NCBI RefSeq assembly: GCF_009914755.1
Contig: NC_060942.1
Length of the DNA: 64,000 nucleotides
From: the human T2T-CHM13v2.0 reference genome, Homo sapiens
Strand: one strand, 5' to 3'
Position 1 is the first letter of the stretch. The number at the start of each line of letters is the position of its first letter. Made by a program: the position numbers and the translations under genes. The notes beneath the pieces are model-generated. The model searched no databases, was not told the DNA's origin, and saw only the letters and a program-made list of their open reading frames with translations. Below, piece by piece: positions 1-15,673 of the stretch.

Positions 1-100
1 GCATGTGTGAGCACAGGGAGTATATAGGAACTCACTATTTTCCACTCAATTTTGCTGTGAACATAAAACTGCTTTAAAAAAATAAAATATCTAAAAAAAA
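1..100 (+). mobile_element. L1MC-type LINE-1 3' end
   Basis: CTCAATTTTGCTGTGAACATAAAACTGCTTTAAAAAAATAAA matches the L1MC1-3 terminus, followed by an A-rich tail. Confidence 0.7.
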
Positions 101-114
101 ACAAACCAAAACAA

Positions 115-1460
115 AATACAGCTAACATCATACTTAATCATAAAACTGAATGCTTTTTCCCTAAGATGGGGAACTAGGCAACGATCTTTTCTCACTACTG
201 TTGTTCACTATCATACTGCAAATCCAAGGTAGAACAATAAGACAAGAAAAGGAAATAAAAGGCATACTGATTTACAACTTCCTTTCTTCCTTTGTTTGCA
301 AACTAAACGTGCATATAGAAAATCCTAACGAATTGATAAAAGCAACAACAGCAAACAAAAGACAAACTCCTGGAGATGCTAAGTGATTATAGCAGGTTTG
401 CAGCATACAATCTTACTATATGAAAGCCTATATAAAATCTTACTATATAAGAGATAATTTACTATATAAAAGGTAATTACACGAAATGTCAATGTTATCA
501 AGGCCTCAATGGTTTGACTTTGCTAATGTTTAGGTTCTGTATACCAGTAAAAAGTCTTGGGATTAGAAATGAAAAACACGATCTTCTTTACATTAGCACA
601 ATAAAGTAATACTTAGGTACAAATGTAACAAAAGTATACAAGATCTATGTGAGGAAAAATAAAAAATTGTGATGAAAGAAAGAATATCTAATTAAATGAG
701 GAGATACTCTACTTTAATGCATAGAAATAGTCAACATTAAGATGTTAGTTCTCCCTAATTTGATCTACAGATTCAATGCAATTCCAATAAAAATTCCAGC
801 AAACTATTTTGTGGATATCAAAACCTGATGATAATGTTTATATGAAAAGATAAAAGACACATAATAGCCAACACAGTACTGAAGAAAAGCAACGAGTTGA
901 AAGAGAGGCACTCAAAAAAGGTTTATGCTGTAAATCCTACAGTAACCACTAAAAATTAAAAAAGACATATAACTAATAGCCATTGGTGGAATTTTAAAAA
1001 CAGCCCACAACCCTCAATTAAGAAAATAGAAGCAAAAATGTATAGGAGATAGAACACATGAAGCAAATAGAAAATACTACTTAAGATGGTCATTTTAAAG
1101 CCAACCATATGGATAATTACATGAAATGTCAATGTTCTCAAGGAGTCAATTGAAAGTAAGAGAATATGATGCTGGAATAAACAGATGTGACAATTTTAAG
1201 TTGAAAGTTAAAAAAAAGGAAAGGGTGAGAAAATGATAAAGGAGTCAATTCATCAAGAAAATATCACTTTCCTATGTGTATTCTCCTTCAATAAAAGTAA
1301 TAAAATTTAAAAAGGAATTAAATCTACATACAACCAGAGGTTAAGACTTCAATTTTCTCTCAGTAATTTATACCAGAAATGGAGAGAATGGATAGAATAT
1401 CGACAAGAATAAAGACCGAAAAACCATACAATCAATTTGATGTACTTGACAACAGAGGTG
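115..1460 (+). mobile_element. Old L1M ORF2 fragments (RT region about 115-950; ORF2 start/endonuclease region about 960-1460)
   Basis: Degenerate ORF2 peptide [10 protein letters not shown] in ORF 201-386; ATCTACAGATTCAATGCAATTCCAATAAAAATTCCAGC; ORF2 N-terminus-like sequence at about 1105-1180. Confidence 0.75.
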
Positions 1461-1712
1461 TCCTCCATGCCAAAAGAACAGACATAGGTAGCAAATATGC
1501 ATATGAAAAGACTGTCACTATCATTAGTCATTAGAAAAATGCAAATCAAACCATAATGAAGAACTGCTACACACTTACTAGAATAACTAAAAATAAAAAC
1601 TGACAATATCAAGTGCTGCTGAAGATGTGAAGCAACAGGAACTCTCAGAGATTGCTAGTAGTAATGAAAGTAGAGCAATCACTTTGGCAAACAGTTGCAC
1701 AGGATTTTTCTA

Positions 1713-2044
1713 TTTTGTTTGTTTGTTTCTGTTTGTTTGTTTGTTTGTTTGTTTGTTTTGGGATGGAGTCTTACTCTGTAGCCCAAGCTGGAGTGCAATG
1801 CCACTATCAGGGCTCACTGCAGCCTCTACTTCCTAGGCTCAAGTGGTCCTCCCACCTCAGCCCCTGAAAGAAGCTGTAACTACAGGTGCATGCCATCATT
1901 CCCAGCTAATTTTTTTTTAATTTTACTGGAGACAAGTTCTCACTGTGTTGCCCAGGCTGGTCTCAAACTCCTGAGCTCAAGTGATCCTCCAATTTCAGCC
2001 TCCCAAAGCGTTGGGATTATAGATGTGATCCACCGCACCCAACC
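1713..2044 (-). mobile_element. AluJ with (GTTT)n tail
   Basis: Antisense Alu dimer; J-type CTCAAACTCCTGAGCTCAAGTGATCCTCC. Confidence 0.9.
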
Positions 2045-2070
2045 CTTCCATTTGAAAATATCAAACATGA

Positions 2071-2430
2071 TATGTTAGTCAATTTTCAAACTGCTATAAA
2101 GAACTTCCTGGAGACTGAGTTTATAAGTACAGAAAAGAGGTTTAATTGACTCACAGTTCCACATAGCTGAGGAGACCTCAGGAAACTTACAATCATGGTT
2201 GAAGGTGAAGGGGAAGAAGCACCTTCTTCACAAGGCAGCAGGAGAGAGAAGCAAGCAAGAGCAGGGGAAACTGCCTAACAAAACCATCAGATCTCACGAG
2301 AACTCACTCACTATCACAATAATAGCATGGGGGAAACTGCTCCCATGATCCAATCACCTCCCTCCCTTGACACCTGAGGATTACAATTTGAAATGAGATT
2401 TGGGTGTGTACACAGAGCCAAACCATATCA
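2071..2430 (-). mobile_element. THE1 (C/D-like) MaLR solo LTR
   Basis: GAGGTTTAATTGACTCACAGTTCC ... AAACCATATCA terminus; 5-bp TSD CATGA/TATGA. Confidence 0.85.
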
Positions 2431-3364
2431 TATGATTTAGCAATCCTACATCTAGATATCTACCTAAGTCAAATAAAAATGTATGTCCACAACAAGCATA
2501 TATGGAAAAGTTTATAGCAGTTTCATTTATAACAGTCCCTAACTGAAAATAAACGTCAAGTTTTGACTGGACAAATAAATTGTGAGATATTCATACAGTG
2601 GAATACTATTCAACAATAAAAATAGCATACCACAGATACATGTAGCAATATGAATAAATCTGTTAAGAATTATCATAAGTGAAAGAAGCCAGACACAAAA
2701 GGCTACATATCGTCTAATTCTGTTTGTGTGACATTTTAGAAAAGCCAAATGATAAAAACACAAAAAAGTAGAAATGGTTACCAGATCCTGCAAGTTGAGG
2801 GAAGGGGATTGACTACAAGAGGCACAAGGAAAATTTTGGGATGATGGAAATATTTTATTTCTCATTTGTAATTGTGGTTACATAGTTGTATATAATTGCT
2901 AAAACAGATAGAAACGTACATTTAAAGAGTGAATTGTACAGTGGTGAATTATATCTCAACAAATCTAAATTTAAGAAGTTATTGAAGAAAAATTCTATGA
3001 AGAAAGGTATCCTTTGCTGAAATGTCACTGTAGAGTTTAAGGGATGACACATGGTGACCTAGCTGGGGTAGTATGTTTGCCCTTCTAGAGAGCAGTTAGA
3101 TACACAACTCGAGGGATGAAGTAGAGTCCACCATGTGGGTTTCACTGACTGACTTAAATAGTGTCAAATGCCTTGCTTAAGCCAGAACAAATAATTGTTT
3201 CCCACTCTTCCTTTTATCGTTTTTTATTTTAACAAGATTTTATGTTTTCTCTAGAGTACCCTCCTACTGTCTTAAAAATTTTCTAGTATATCCGAAGGAA
3301 ATTCAAATCTGACTTGGCAATGTCTTTGTTTATAGACAAAGACATTTCATTTGGTTTCACATAT

Positions 3365-3424
3365 ACACACTTTGTGTATATGTAACACACCTTGTGTACA
3401 TGTAACACATTTTGTATATATACA
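3365..3424. repeat. 20-bp x3 minisatellite (ACACACTTTGTGTATATGTA)
   Basis: Three adjacent diverged copies read directly. Confidence 0.8.
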
Positions 3425-4139
3425 ACTAAATGAAATAGAAATCATTTTCTGTTTCTGTGAAAATTTCAAAGTAATCAGGAGACCATGGATTTTGGTGTGC
3501 CATTTAGCCAAAATTCTAATAAATAAAATATTATTTAAAGGGTTGATAAGCGGAGAGAATTAGCTTCTGTAAAGTACCTCATTGGTTTCTATCAAAAGAA
3601 TCTGACTTCTCATTTAAAAATGAGAATATTAGTACACTCCTTGCAGTGTTCTCTTGTAAGAATATTAACTGATATTATATATATAAATTATCTGAGGCTC
3701 AGACAAATTAAGCAATTTTCTTAAATTTATCCTGAATAAATGACAGATGAGGGCCATTTTACTAATCATTAGTAGACCTTGTTAGCTGTATGTGGAAAAG
3801 TGTTGGATAGCATGACTCTTAGAACTAAATTTTATAGCTTCAATAGCATAAGTTACTTTACTGTGACTTCACAAAATACAATTAACAATCCTTTTACAAT
3901 TTTCCTAATATAAAACACACACACAGACCTTCCTTGCATTTATTTAATTGTTCCACTAGATGGCATTATGAGTCCACAGGGTGTCAAATACACTTTTGTA
4001 AGAGTTCTAAAACATCGACATCTTTTATCTATGGCGAGTTAAGTAAACTTAGGCCTTAACTGCATTTGTTCCCATATATGTTGATATTTCTTTTACCATT
4101 CTCAAGCGAAATATTACTGAAAAAATGCAACATGTTAAG

Positions 4140-4530
4140 TTGTTTTAACCACATTACCTTGGGTGTGGCATGGTGAGACTCCACAGGGATCCAGAAAGAG
4201 AAACAAATTTTACAGTTGTGTCACACCCAGCTTCCTGGGAGAGCACAGCCAGCCACCCCAGGCCACTCCGGAGAGGTGCTGGGTTGGCCCCAAGGCAGGG
4301 GCAGGAAGGGGTTGCGGGCAAGAGCTGTTATTATGGTTTCTGCCAGAGGCAAGGGCAAGGCAGGACAGGCAGGTTTCAGGCTGGCTAATTTAAATAATTC
4401 AGTGCGCTGGGGCATAGGGCCTGTCCCCTGACATCTGGAACCTGGCCATGAGAAGACAAGGGAGGTCGGCTGCTCAAGAAAGGAACCGACTCGTTTCTAG
4501 CCAGGACCTCAAAACTGAGTCAAGACCACA
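4140..4530 (-). mobile_element. ERVL-class LTR (MER74-like)
   Basis: GC-rich island whose minus strand begins TGTGGTCTTGACTCAGTTTTGAGGTCCTGGCTAGA; subfamily uncertain. Confidence 0.55.
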
Positions 4531-5989
4531 CAAAACAACCAACCAACAAAAGACAAAAGAACAACAACAAAAACCCTATATTGTGTAGATATTATTTATG
4601 TTTTGTGTCAAGACTGTTCATATTTCATACAAATGAAGGTCACTCAGAGCTTTCTATCTTATTGGAAATTGAGTCTCTTTCCATTCATCCCTAAATATTC
4701 ATGAAGGAATTGTGACAGAGACTACAAAGCCACTTTTGTCAAGCAGTATTTTGGGACTGAGAACGGTACGTCTGGGTAGTTTCTGTTCCTAGGTGTTGGA
4801 TTTGTACCTCTTGAGTGTGGACCATTTTCCTCTGTGTCTTATCTTTCTTGTGAAGAAAATTAAAAGGCTCAACTAGATAGTGAAGATTTACTCCTTTAAG
4901 TCATGATATTTGATGCATGAAACTTTAAAGAAGAGCCTGGAAAAATGGCGGGCAAATATACCCATCATGGCATAGCTAGCAGAAATGATTTGATTATGTA
5001 ATATATCATAAAAAACAAATATTGTGGATCCTGATAGTGAAATGATTAAAAAGTCAGAGGGCAAAGGGACATAAAAATTCAAATGAAGAGATAAGAAGTT
5101 CAGGTAAAGAGGAGAACATATATTAAAACTTGAAATTTGAAGCCCCAGAAGCAATAGCCAAAGTCTATATCAATACCCCCAGGACTTCCAAAATCAGAAA
5201 GGGACCCAACTCCGATGCAGAAGTAAATCCTCTGACAAACAGTTCTACTCTGGGAGCTCTCCATTTGAGAGGTCCTGAAGTGGGGCATTCACACTTTTTC
5301 CACCCATGAATTTGGCCGGGCAAGATCTCAGTGATGGTGACCAGAGAAGCTGTTTCCACAGCAGCCCTCAGGAATAGCACTGGTGGATTTGTCTGTGGCA
5401 AGGAGCGAGGCATATCAGCCAGACAGGCTAATTGGTGAATCCAATATGAATAGAAAAGGAAGGCTAGAAAGAGTATTTTAGAGATAGTATTATACTGGGA
5501 GATACCAGGGAAACCGGGGAAGCATTATCACAACTTACAAATAGAAAGGTGATACAGAAGCAGCAAGATAAGCCCAAGCAGAATAAATTGCTTGACCAGG
5601 TTCAGGAGTAAACTAAAGGCATGAGGAAATATATTACAAAATGCAAAATGCTAAGCTTTACTACCATTGTTACTGTAACATTCATGTTCCTTCTTTTTTT
5701 GTTTTCAACAAAAATGAAATCAAACTTTATTTTTCTCTAAATTAAACTTTCCACATTTAACAGGTAGAATAATTCATTTGGCGATAAATTGAGTAGATTT
5801 GTATTTTTTGTATTTCAACATTTATTTACAGCACACCTAAGCTTTCAAATTATGCTGACAGTTTTGAAACTCTCATTTTGTTAACACCTCTCTTATTTTT
5901 TATATTGAATCTAAACTTCACTTTTCCCTGACTGTCTACCCTTATTTACCTCTAGTAAAATTATTATATTTTATCATAAATATATGTTT

Positions 5990-6120
5990 CTATGACTAAG
6001 CTCTCCACTAGGTTATCAACTCCTAATATACTGTTTTCTTTATCATTTTTGTTCCCCAAGGCCTGGGCACATTCCATGGCATACACTGGGTAATTGACAT
6101 ACGTTAAATGAATGAATGAA
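5990..6120 (+). mobile_element. L2 3' end
   Basis: Ends in GTTAAATGAATGAATGAA, the L2 terminal repeat. Confidence 0.55.
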
Positions 6121-9069
6121 ATTCATGTTTCGATATTCTAGGTGAAGAATTGGGAATTGGATAAAATATTTACATAGACTTATCATTGGGAAAAATATGA
6201 CCCTGGCCATTACGATACCCTGTCCCAGAGTTTTATAACTGATTTTTATTAGGAAAAAAATGAACAGGAAAAGAATAGCCAAGAATAAGTAGTTTAAAAT
6301 ATCAAAAAGTAGAGTTTCCTTTTATTTAACAGAAGAGTGAAATCATTACACTGAGATTAGAGTAGAATTAATTGTCTTGTGAAACATAAACGTAAGAGAA
6401 ATTTTACCGGAGTGCCCAAATCTCCCAGGAGTGAAAGACATGCAAAGAACATATAGAGAAGAATTCATTGATAGCCTCTTTTTGTACATTTACTTTTAAG
6501 TGTAGATTTCTATTTTATTTCTACTATTTTCTCATCTTCACTTTTTAGTTTTGTTTCACAATTTACAGTTAAATATGAAAAATATAAAGTCATCTATCAT
6601 ATAAAATAGGTTACTATTATTGCATTTATAGATTTTGCTTCTGGTGGAGATTTTTTATTTCGTTATCTTCAATTAATAATGAATGAAGGGCTTCAAGGAG
6701 ATTAGGGATGGATGTTCCAGAGGTTGCACACGTATTGCAAATAGACAGCCGAAGTCCTTCCCCTCTGTATCTTATCCTAAGGAGAGATAGAACACACTGT
6801 TCTGAAAATAAACAATTGAGCTCATGATTTGGAACTCACTGGCAAAGAAGAAACAGCATGAGGCTAGTGATGGAAAGGAAGAGAAAAAGGCTGGTTTATC
6901 AATGAGCGTATTTTAAAATAATAAATGACATATCAAGGGTATCTGTCACTTGGGAAATCCAAGAAAGAGTAAGATGGATTGTTTGTATTTCTAATTCATG
7001 TCATAAGTTCCATGGATTTCTTATAACACCTATGGCAATATTTTATTCTTCATTCAGTATATGTCAAATGTCTGTTTTTCTCATTCCTTTAGATTTGGAT
7101 ATTTCTGTGCTAGCAGGTCTTTCCTCCACTCTGAGGCCAAGAACAAATTATAGATGCATCTTTTAAAGAACAATAGTTCTGGTGTTGCAGAGAAATTACT
7201 TTTGCAACTTCCACCATAAATTTTCTCTTAAAACACTATCTACAGTGTGAAATTGAGTAGACATGTGATGGAGCTCAACCCATTTATTTCTCCCCTCAAA
7301 AAATCATTAAGTTTTAGTCCCATTGAAAGCTGTACTGATATTAAAGAATGCATTATATTCCTTTAAATTGCTTCCTTACCTACACATTATCCTGGTACAA
7401 AAGCAGCTCACAATATTTCACATTTTGAGCTGATACCTCTGAACACAGGGCCACACACACACACGCACACATACACAACTTTATTATTAAGATATAATAG
7501 CAACGTAAAATGGAACAAATGTGGTTTACAGTTTGGTTTTGGGGGTTACAATAACTAATTTTTATGGTCAGATATGCTATTGGCAGTTGGGTTTTTGTGT
7601 GTTACTCTATTTGGTATTAATTTTCAAACAAAAGTGTTTACTATATTATAATTTATTTTGCCTTATAAAATTATCTTAATTATGCAGAAAATATTAGTAC
7701 TATGGTTCACTTTTAATTAGCATATTCTAAGAAGAGAATTTAATCCAAGGGATATAAAGATATTGATTATCTGCCTCCTATGCAACCGGGTCATGTATAA
7801 TGTAGAGGCTGTTTGCATTAACATAAATTTCTAGCAAGAGCATTGAAATCTGTCACTATTACTGATTTTTGCTGTGAAGCCAATGCCCATTGATTTGAGC
7901 AGAAAAAATATTGGGAGGAATTTAGCACTTGCTTGCTATGACTTGTAGTCAATATCTGACCTATTGAATAGACATGCATAATATTGCACTTAATGCAGAC
8001 CCATCAAAGTACATGCAAGAAGATACAGTGGATGAGCATATTCAAAGTGGCTTGTAGCCACCTATCTTTGATGGTTATTTTCTGATGGATTTCCAGGAAG
8101 GCTGAATAGAAATTGTGCATAGGTGTGGGGCTGTATTGTAGAGTATATTTAGCAAAAGCTGTGGCATATGAGACAGTACTGTGTAAGTTGCTGGAATTTG
8201 TTAGAAAATTTCCAGGACACTAAGAGAATTAGAGTATAAGGGACTCTCTGGATTTCCACACACAACAATAGAAGTAATGACAATTATAAGAGGTTCTGAA
8301 AATATGACTAAGTTTGAAAATTCAACTGACATAGATCTGAAAGCTTATATTCTATGGCCTTGGAACTAACTGACATTTTTGGTATGCCATTATTTTGTGT
8401 TTTTAATTCTTTAAATATTACAGGCCTTCTCCCAGTTATCACCTGCTTGATGCCCTGAACCTGCCTAAAAATCAGGCCCCAAACCTGATTTTACAACCTC
8501 CAGTGATTCTGCACAGGAGAGAGAAGAAAAACACACATTTCATATTTAAGAAAAGCACCTAAGGGTGATTCCAGGGCAATGAGCGGACTTCAACTCTTAC
8601 GGCTTTATTTACGTTGCACCTATGATTTTCTTGTTTCTTGAGGACAATGTTAATTAAGAAGGAAAATTGGCTGATCTTGAGTAAGTCTTTCTCTCCCAAG
8701 ATTCACATCACTAATTTGTACAATAGTCTTGATTTAAATAGTCTGTAAAGTTCTATTAAGTTATACTATGTTGTATAACCCCTACTTAATATTATTAGTA
8801 GTTCAATATATTTAATCATGAATTAGGATTTTCAGGCTTATGGGTGCAGACAGTTTAGTATCTGTGAAGCATTTAGGTACCTGGTTGATACACATTTGAG
8901 TTTGGTCTGAATCTTAATGCATCATGTTCTCAAATATTAAAGACTATTGAATTTGGTTGTTCTTGGATGATCTTCACTCTGTATATCCCAAATGTAATAG
9001 TCATCCTTTTAAAAATGACCTTTGATTTTATTTGTTTGTTTTTGTTCACAAAATGTGAAGGCATTGATG

Positions 9070-9290
9070 AAAACTCTGTCTGTGGAGTTAGGCAGCCTTC
9101 TTTCATACCCAATTCCACCACTTCGTGACTGTGAATTTTGGCAAGTCACTCAATTTTTCTAAGGGTATTTTCTCATCTGTTGAAACAGGAAAATTAAAAA
9201 ATTATGAAGTTTAAAATTTTTACATATTAAGTGCACCACATTTTAAGTGTGAGCTGTTTGTCAATAATAATTTTATTGCTATCTTTACTA
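9070..9290 (+). mobile_element. MIR
   Basis: TGTGAATTTTGGCAAGTCACTCAA ... TTCTCATCTGT core. Confidence 0.6.
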
Positions 9291-9547
9291 TTGTTATTAC
9301 CTCATTTCACCAAATTGTGATTCAACACTAGAAGTTGGCTGTAAGTCTTACAATTTGATATATGTATATATTTTTTAACTCTGAGGTACGTTCATGTTCC
9401 AAATTATTCTGCCTTATTTTCTGTGCAAATTTTCTGAAATTTACACAGAGTATTGAAATGAGCATGTCTTCATAAGTGCATCAGAGCAAAACAAAAAAGA
9501 CCTAGAGAAAGACTACAGTTTTACGTGAGCCAGAGAATAATATAGGA

Positions 9548-10471
<924 letters not shown>

Positions 10472-11244
10472 AATTTTGCTTGAGTGACAAAGGCATTAAT
10501 AAAAGTTTAATATTGGCTCTACTAGTCAGTAATCTTTTCATGGAAACAAACTATCATATGCAAGACATTGAAATAAATCTAATTTAGGAGTATGAAAGAG
10601 ATCAAAATCTATAACGGTGTACAGAGCAAACAAAGGCTTGAAATGCAAGTGGACGAAAAATGACGGAAGAAGAACAGAAGTGAGACTGCCCTGCTTGGTG
10701 ACAGGCTTAAGGAAAAGTGAGGTTCAAACACGAGGTGGAGTCAGTCTATAGGGAGTCCTTTTGCCCCAGCAAGAAAATATGAATTCCACAAATTTGTATC
10801 AGAGAAATGTAGTTGTGTTTCCTACAGACTCTTAAGCACAGAAAGGGAATATTTGCAAATAAAAATATTTGTTAAGATATATAAGGAGAAGCTCATTGGA
10901 TAATTTGTGTTTTTTTTTCCTCCAAAATGAGGTAATAACCTCAGAAGAAAATATTAATTCAAAATATTTGTTATTAAATGGTTTAAACATTTATCTAACC
11001 TCAGAGGATGAGAGAAAAAAATAAGTTTAGAAATGTTAGATGAAAGGATAAAATAGGCCAATTTGATTACATGTACATAAGCGTTCTCCATGACACTCAT
11101 GTTTGATAAACACAGTAAATATGAATAAAACATAGATGGTTAATTGTATGTGAGCTCATTATGTAGTAAATAAATGATAGTGGTTTTTTTTTAAGTTAGT
11201 GTAAAATGCCTTAAGGGGGCATAATTTGAACATATCTACTATTT

Positions 11245-11440
11245 TCTGAATGTTTATCATATGTCAGTGGGCTCAGTGCTTTAGACGTATTACCTACATT
11301 TTAATGTTTAGTTGATATTAGTGTCTCAGTTTTATGAGTAAGGAAACTGATTTGAAGAGGTTAAGTGCCTCAGGTCACAAGACCAGTGAGTGAGAGCCCC
11401 TAGAGGAAGCTGAAACTAGACCTGACTTGAAAGCCTCCTC
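11245..11440 (-). mobile_element. MIR
   Basis: TTTTATGAGTAAGGAAACTGA ... AGAGGTTAAGTGCCTCAGGTCACA. Confidence 0.6.
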
Positions 11441-11827
11441 CTCTACCGGCCTGCCCCGATTAAAGGGTGGTTAAGAAAGAGGATTCAGCCGAGACACACA
11501 TACATAAGGTAAGATGCTTAGTCTTCTTATTAATAAAATAATTTTAAATGAGATATTATTTTCATTTATCAAATTATAAATAATTTTTTTCTGAACTCTA
11601 ATTGGTATATTTCTCCACTTGATTGGTCCTCAAATGACAGCAGATTCAGCAACATACCTCGTTTAATACCCTTGGTTTATGTTTTGAAAACATTGGTACA
11701 TTATCAAATAATAGAATTTCTAAAACCTGGTATCCTCTTTAGTTTTGTCTAATTTTCTCTGATGACTAAGAAATCTGAGAACATTTTCCTAAAACGATTT
11801 ACAGACATCATTCTTGGATCAGTACTA

Positions 11828-12620
<793 letters not shown>

Positions 12621-15600
12621 CATATTTTTAACAATGTTTCTTTACTATTTGGTTTTAGGTTGCTTCTGTATTATGACTAGTTAAATTACAGTATGTATAG
12701 AATGACAAATCAAGCTTTATAAAGCTACCATATTAGTGTATCTATGGATTATATATTAAAATGTAAATGTTTATTACATAAAAATTTTAATGTACAATGT
12801 GGATGGTATATGCACATTACATACATAAAGGGTTTGCAACTATGGTAAAATCCACATAGGAAAATCAAGGAAGAAAATACAGCAAAAATTCATCTTTTTT
12901 TAGAGTATCACATTTCCTTTTACTTTTCAGTACTTTACTTCTTATATTTCCTTAAATATGCAGGTACTGCTTTTACATTAAAAATGAAAAAAAATTAAAC
13001 TCTTAATTTTCAGGGCTATTTTAGAAGTAGAGTATAAATACACAGTTTGATACACACGGTAATTATTTCCTTAGTGACAAGCTCTGATGACTGTCTTCTG
13101 CAGCCTGCTGCATAGCATTTACAGGTCTGAGGAAGAGTACAGAAGTCCATGTATAATGGCTCTAAATATTCAAAAGTTATAAATCAAGCATTCAAGCCAT
13201 TAAGTATAACATGTTTGTTGATTGAATACTTATGGATCCAAGAAATTTTACACAGTCACGATGACATAAAAATTTAATATTTGTTAATAAAAGCAAAAAT
13301 AAAAAAATAACAAGGAGCCAGAAAAGGGAAATTACATTTTGGATGGCAACTTTTATGAACATTGTATCTATCCGGATGTCACTAATGAACACCAGCTAAT
13401 ATAAGACACTGTGTGAGAACTTATAAGATATCTTTGCCAACCTTTAGTCGGCATCTGTGTCTCTTGGAGCTATCCTGTTGGAAGTATTGAGTCTCTATTA
13501 ACATTAAGTGCTGGAGTGAGAGATCAAGTAGACTGTACAAAACTGTAACGTGTTTTTTAATCCAACAATTGGCCCTAGGAATTTGCATTGAAACCTTTAT
13601 CAAGACAGTGAGTCTGTTTAACTTCTTTGGGAAAAAATGCTCCATGGTTTGCTTAGTTAGTTATTTAAAGAAATCTATGTTTTTAATATGTAAGCAAACT
13701 TTAGGTTGTATAAACACACTCATACAAATATATACATACATACATGCACATATTCTATTTCTACTGTATGATCAGATTATATAGAGAGTTAGATAGATGG
13801 ATGGATAAAATATCCAAGTCCCAAATTTTAGCCAAGAATAGATATATTATTACTATTATGCTACTGACCTGTGGACTGTCTCATCTGTCCATCCCTGCCA
13901 GACACAAGAGGGTCCTGATTCCCTCAAGCTAATAAAAAGCCCATCCTCTGTTTAACCCAACATGCAATAATCATTCTGAGCAGGCTCACGTCTTCTTCCA
14001 TCTGGGTATAAAATTTGATAATTGCTCATTTTCTTATTTTTGTGAGAGAGAAAGCCACTTCAAAGAACCATGTGAAGGGAAGTAGGGCATAAGCCATTCT
14101 GGATGCTGACCATTTGGCAGCACTTCTATCCCGGGCTATGGAGCATGTATCCCTGAATATCAGGGTGCTTGTCATTGCTTTCCCAAATGCTGCACATTGC
14201 TAGACACAGAGTTTCACCAATGACATTGGATCAGAAATGTCCCTTTCTGCACCTTATTAGCTTTATTTTTTCAAGACGAGTTGTATAATGAGAAGTTATT
14301 TTAAAGCGGCATTTAAAAAGAATGTGAATGCATTGTAAACAGAATTTCCTACAGAATAATTGTGCAAACATTGTAATTATCTAAAACACAGAAAAAAACC
14401 CAGCAACCATTAACAGGTCTCAATCTTTTGATATTAAATAGATGGACAGGACCTAAATAGCATTAGAAATAATAAAACACTTTCATGGTTGCCATAACAT
14501 TTTTTGTTGTATCAATATTTCAAAATTCAAAAAAAGATTACAAGAATCAAAATAACAAATTATGAAAAATTAAGCTTAAAAAATATGAAGGGAATTATTG
14601 TATGTCCACAAGGATGGAAATTAAAACGTGGATCAGCCTACATATTTTTCACATGACATTATTTGTTCTCTGGGCTTTATACATCATCAAAATCAGAGTA
14701 AATGTAGTCACAAATATTTCTGATCATTGGCAATGATTGCTTTAGAGTTTCTGATTTTCTTGTTTTCATTTTAAGCAAATAAAAAGAATTTATTCTATTT
14801 CTTAAAATTTAAAGTTGTTCTCAACTATATCTCCTCTATACTGTTTGCAACAAAATATTTAGTCTCTTTATCAAATATGCAAACGTTTGTTTTAATTTAA
14901 TGTGGTGGCTCTAATTCAATTAAGTGATCCCTGTAAGGGCAAATCAATTCTGATGCCTCCCCATTTCTTATTATTTTTGATCTCAATATGTACTATAAGG
15001 CAAGTCTTTTAAAACCTGAGGTGCAATCATTCCGTAGGTAATTTAAATTGCATATATTATTCAGGTCACAGTAGATGATTACAATTTTGAACATCACAAG
15101 ACACTTTGAGATGCTGATGGAGTCTCTATAGATCTATAAAGATCTATGGATAATTCCCCTTGATAATGTACAATAAATGACAAAAATGATATACACAATT
15201 TCAGGGGAACTGTGCCCTTTTAACTGAGTTCACGGACTTCAATTAAGAAACTCTAGTTTATTTTTCTCCTCTGTGTGTAGTGAATGGAAATAAGCAAACA
15301 GCAAAAACAAGTGAGATATTAAGTTAGAATGGTGATAATGACTTCAACTGCCTGCACCTCCTCTTTGGCAAAATGAGGGGATTGAATGAGATGATCTTGG
15401 AATCTATTCCACCTCTGACATTCTGTAATTACATGTAATGATTACAATGATAATGACAATAATTTATCTAAAAATAAATCTTCATACTGTGCTCTTAAGC
15501 CATGGGGGTATTACAAGGTGCCTAAGAGCCATCATGGGAGAGTGAAGGGTGCTAATCAGTAAGCTGGATTTAAGACTGCTCAGACCCTACAGAGAGCAGG

Positions 15601-15673
15601 TCTTCTTGGATTTCTTTTATATATTAGGCATCTGCATGTGAATTCATTTAAAGAATATGGATATATGTATCTA

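Larger units (their letters stand above)
1470..2990 (+). mobile_element. L1ME/L1MB ORF2 end and 3' UTR, interrupted by AluJ and a THE1 LTR
   Basis: CATTAGTCATTAGAAAAATGCAAATCAAACC and AGTGAAAGAAGCCAGACACAAAAGGCTACATA; the L1 resumes after each insertion. Confidence 0.75.

Noticed and set aside
5100-5413. Possible processed pseudogene in a GC-richer patch
   Set aside because: Translations resemble nothing I recognise; no poly(A) or TSD; possibly a decayed repeat
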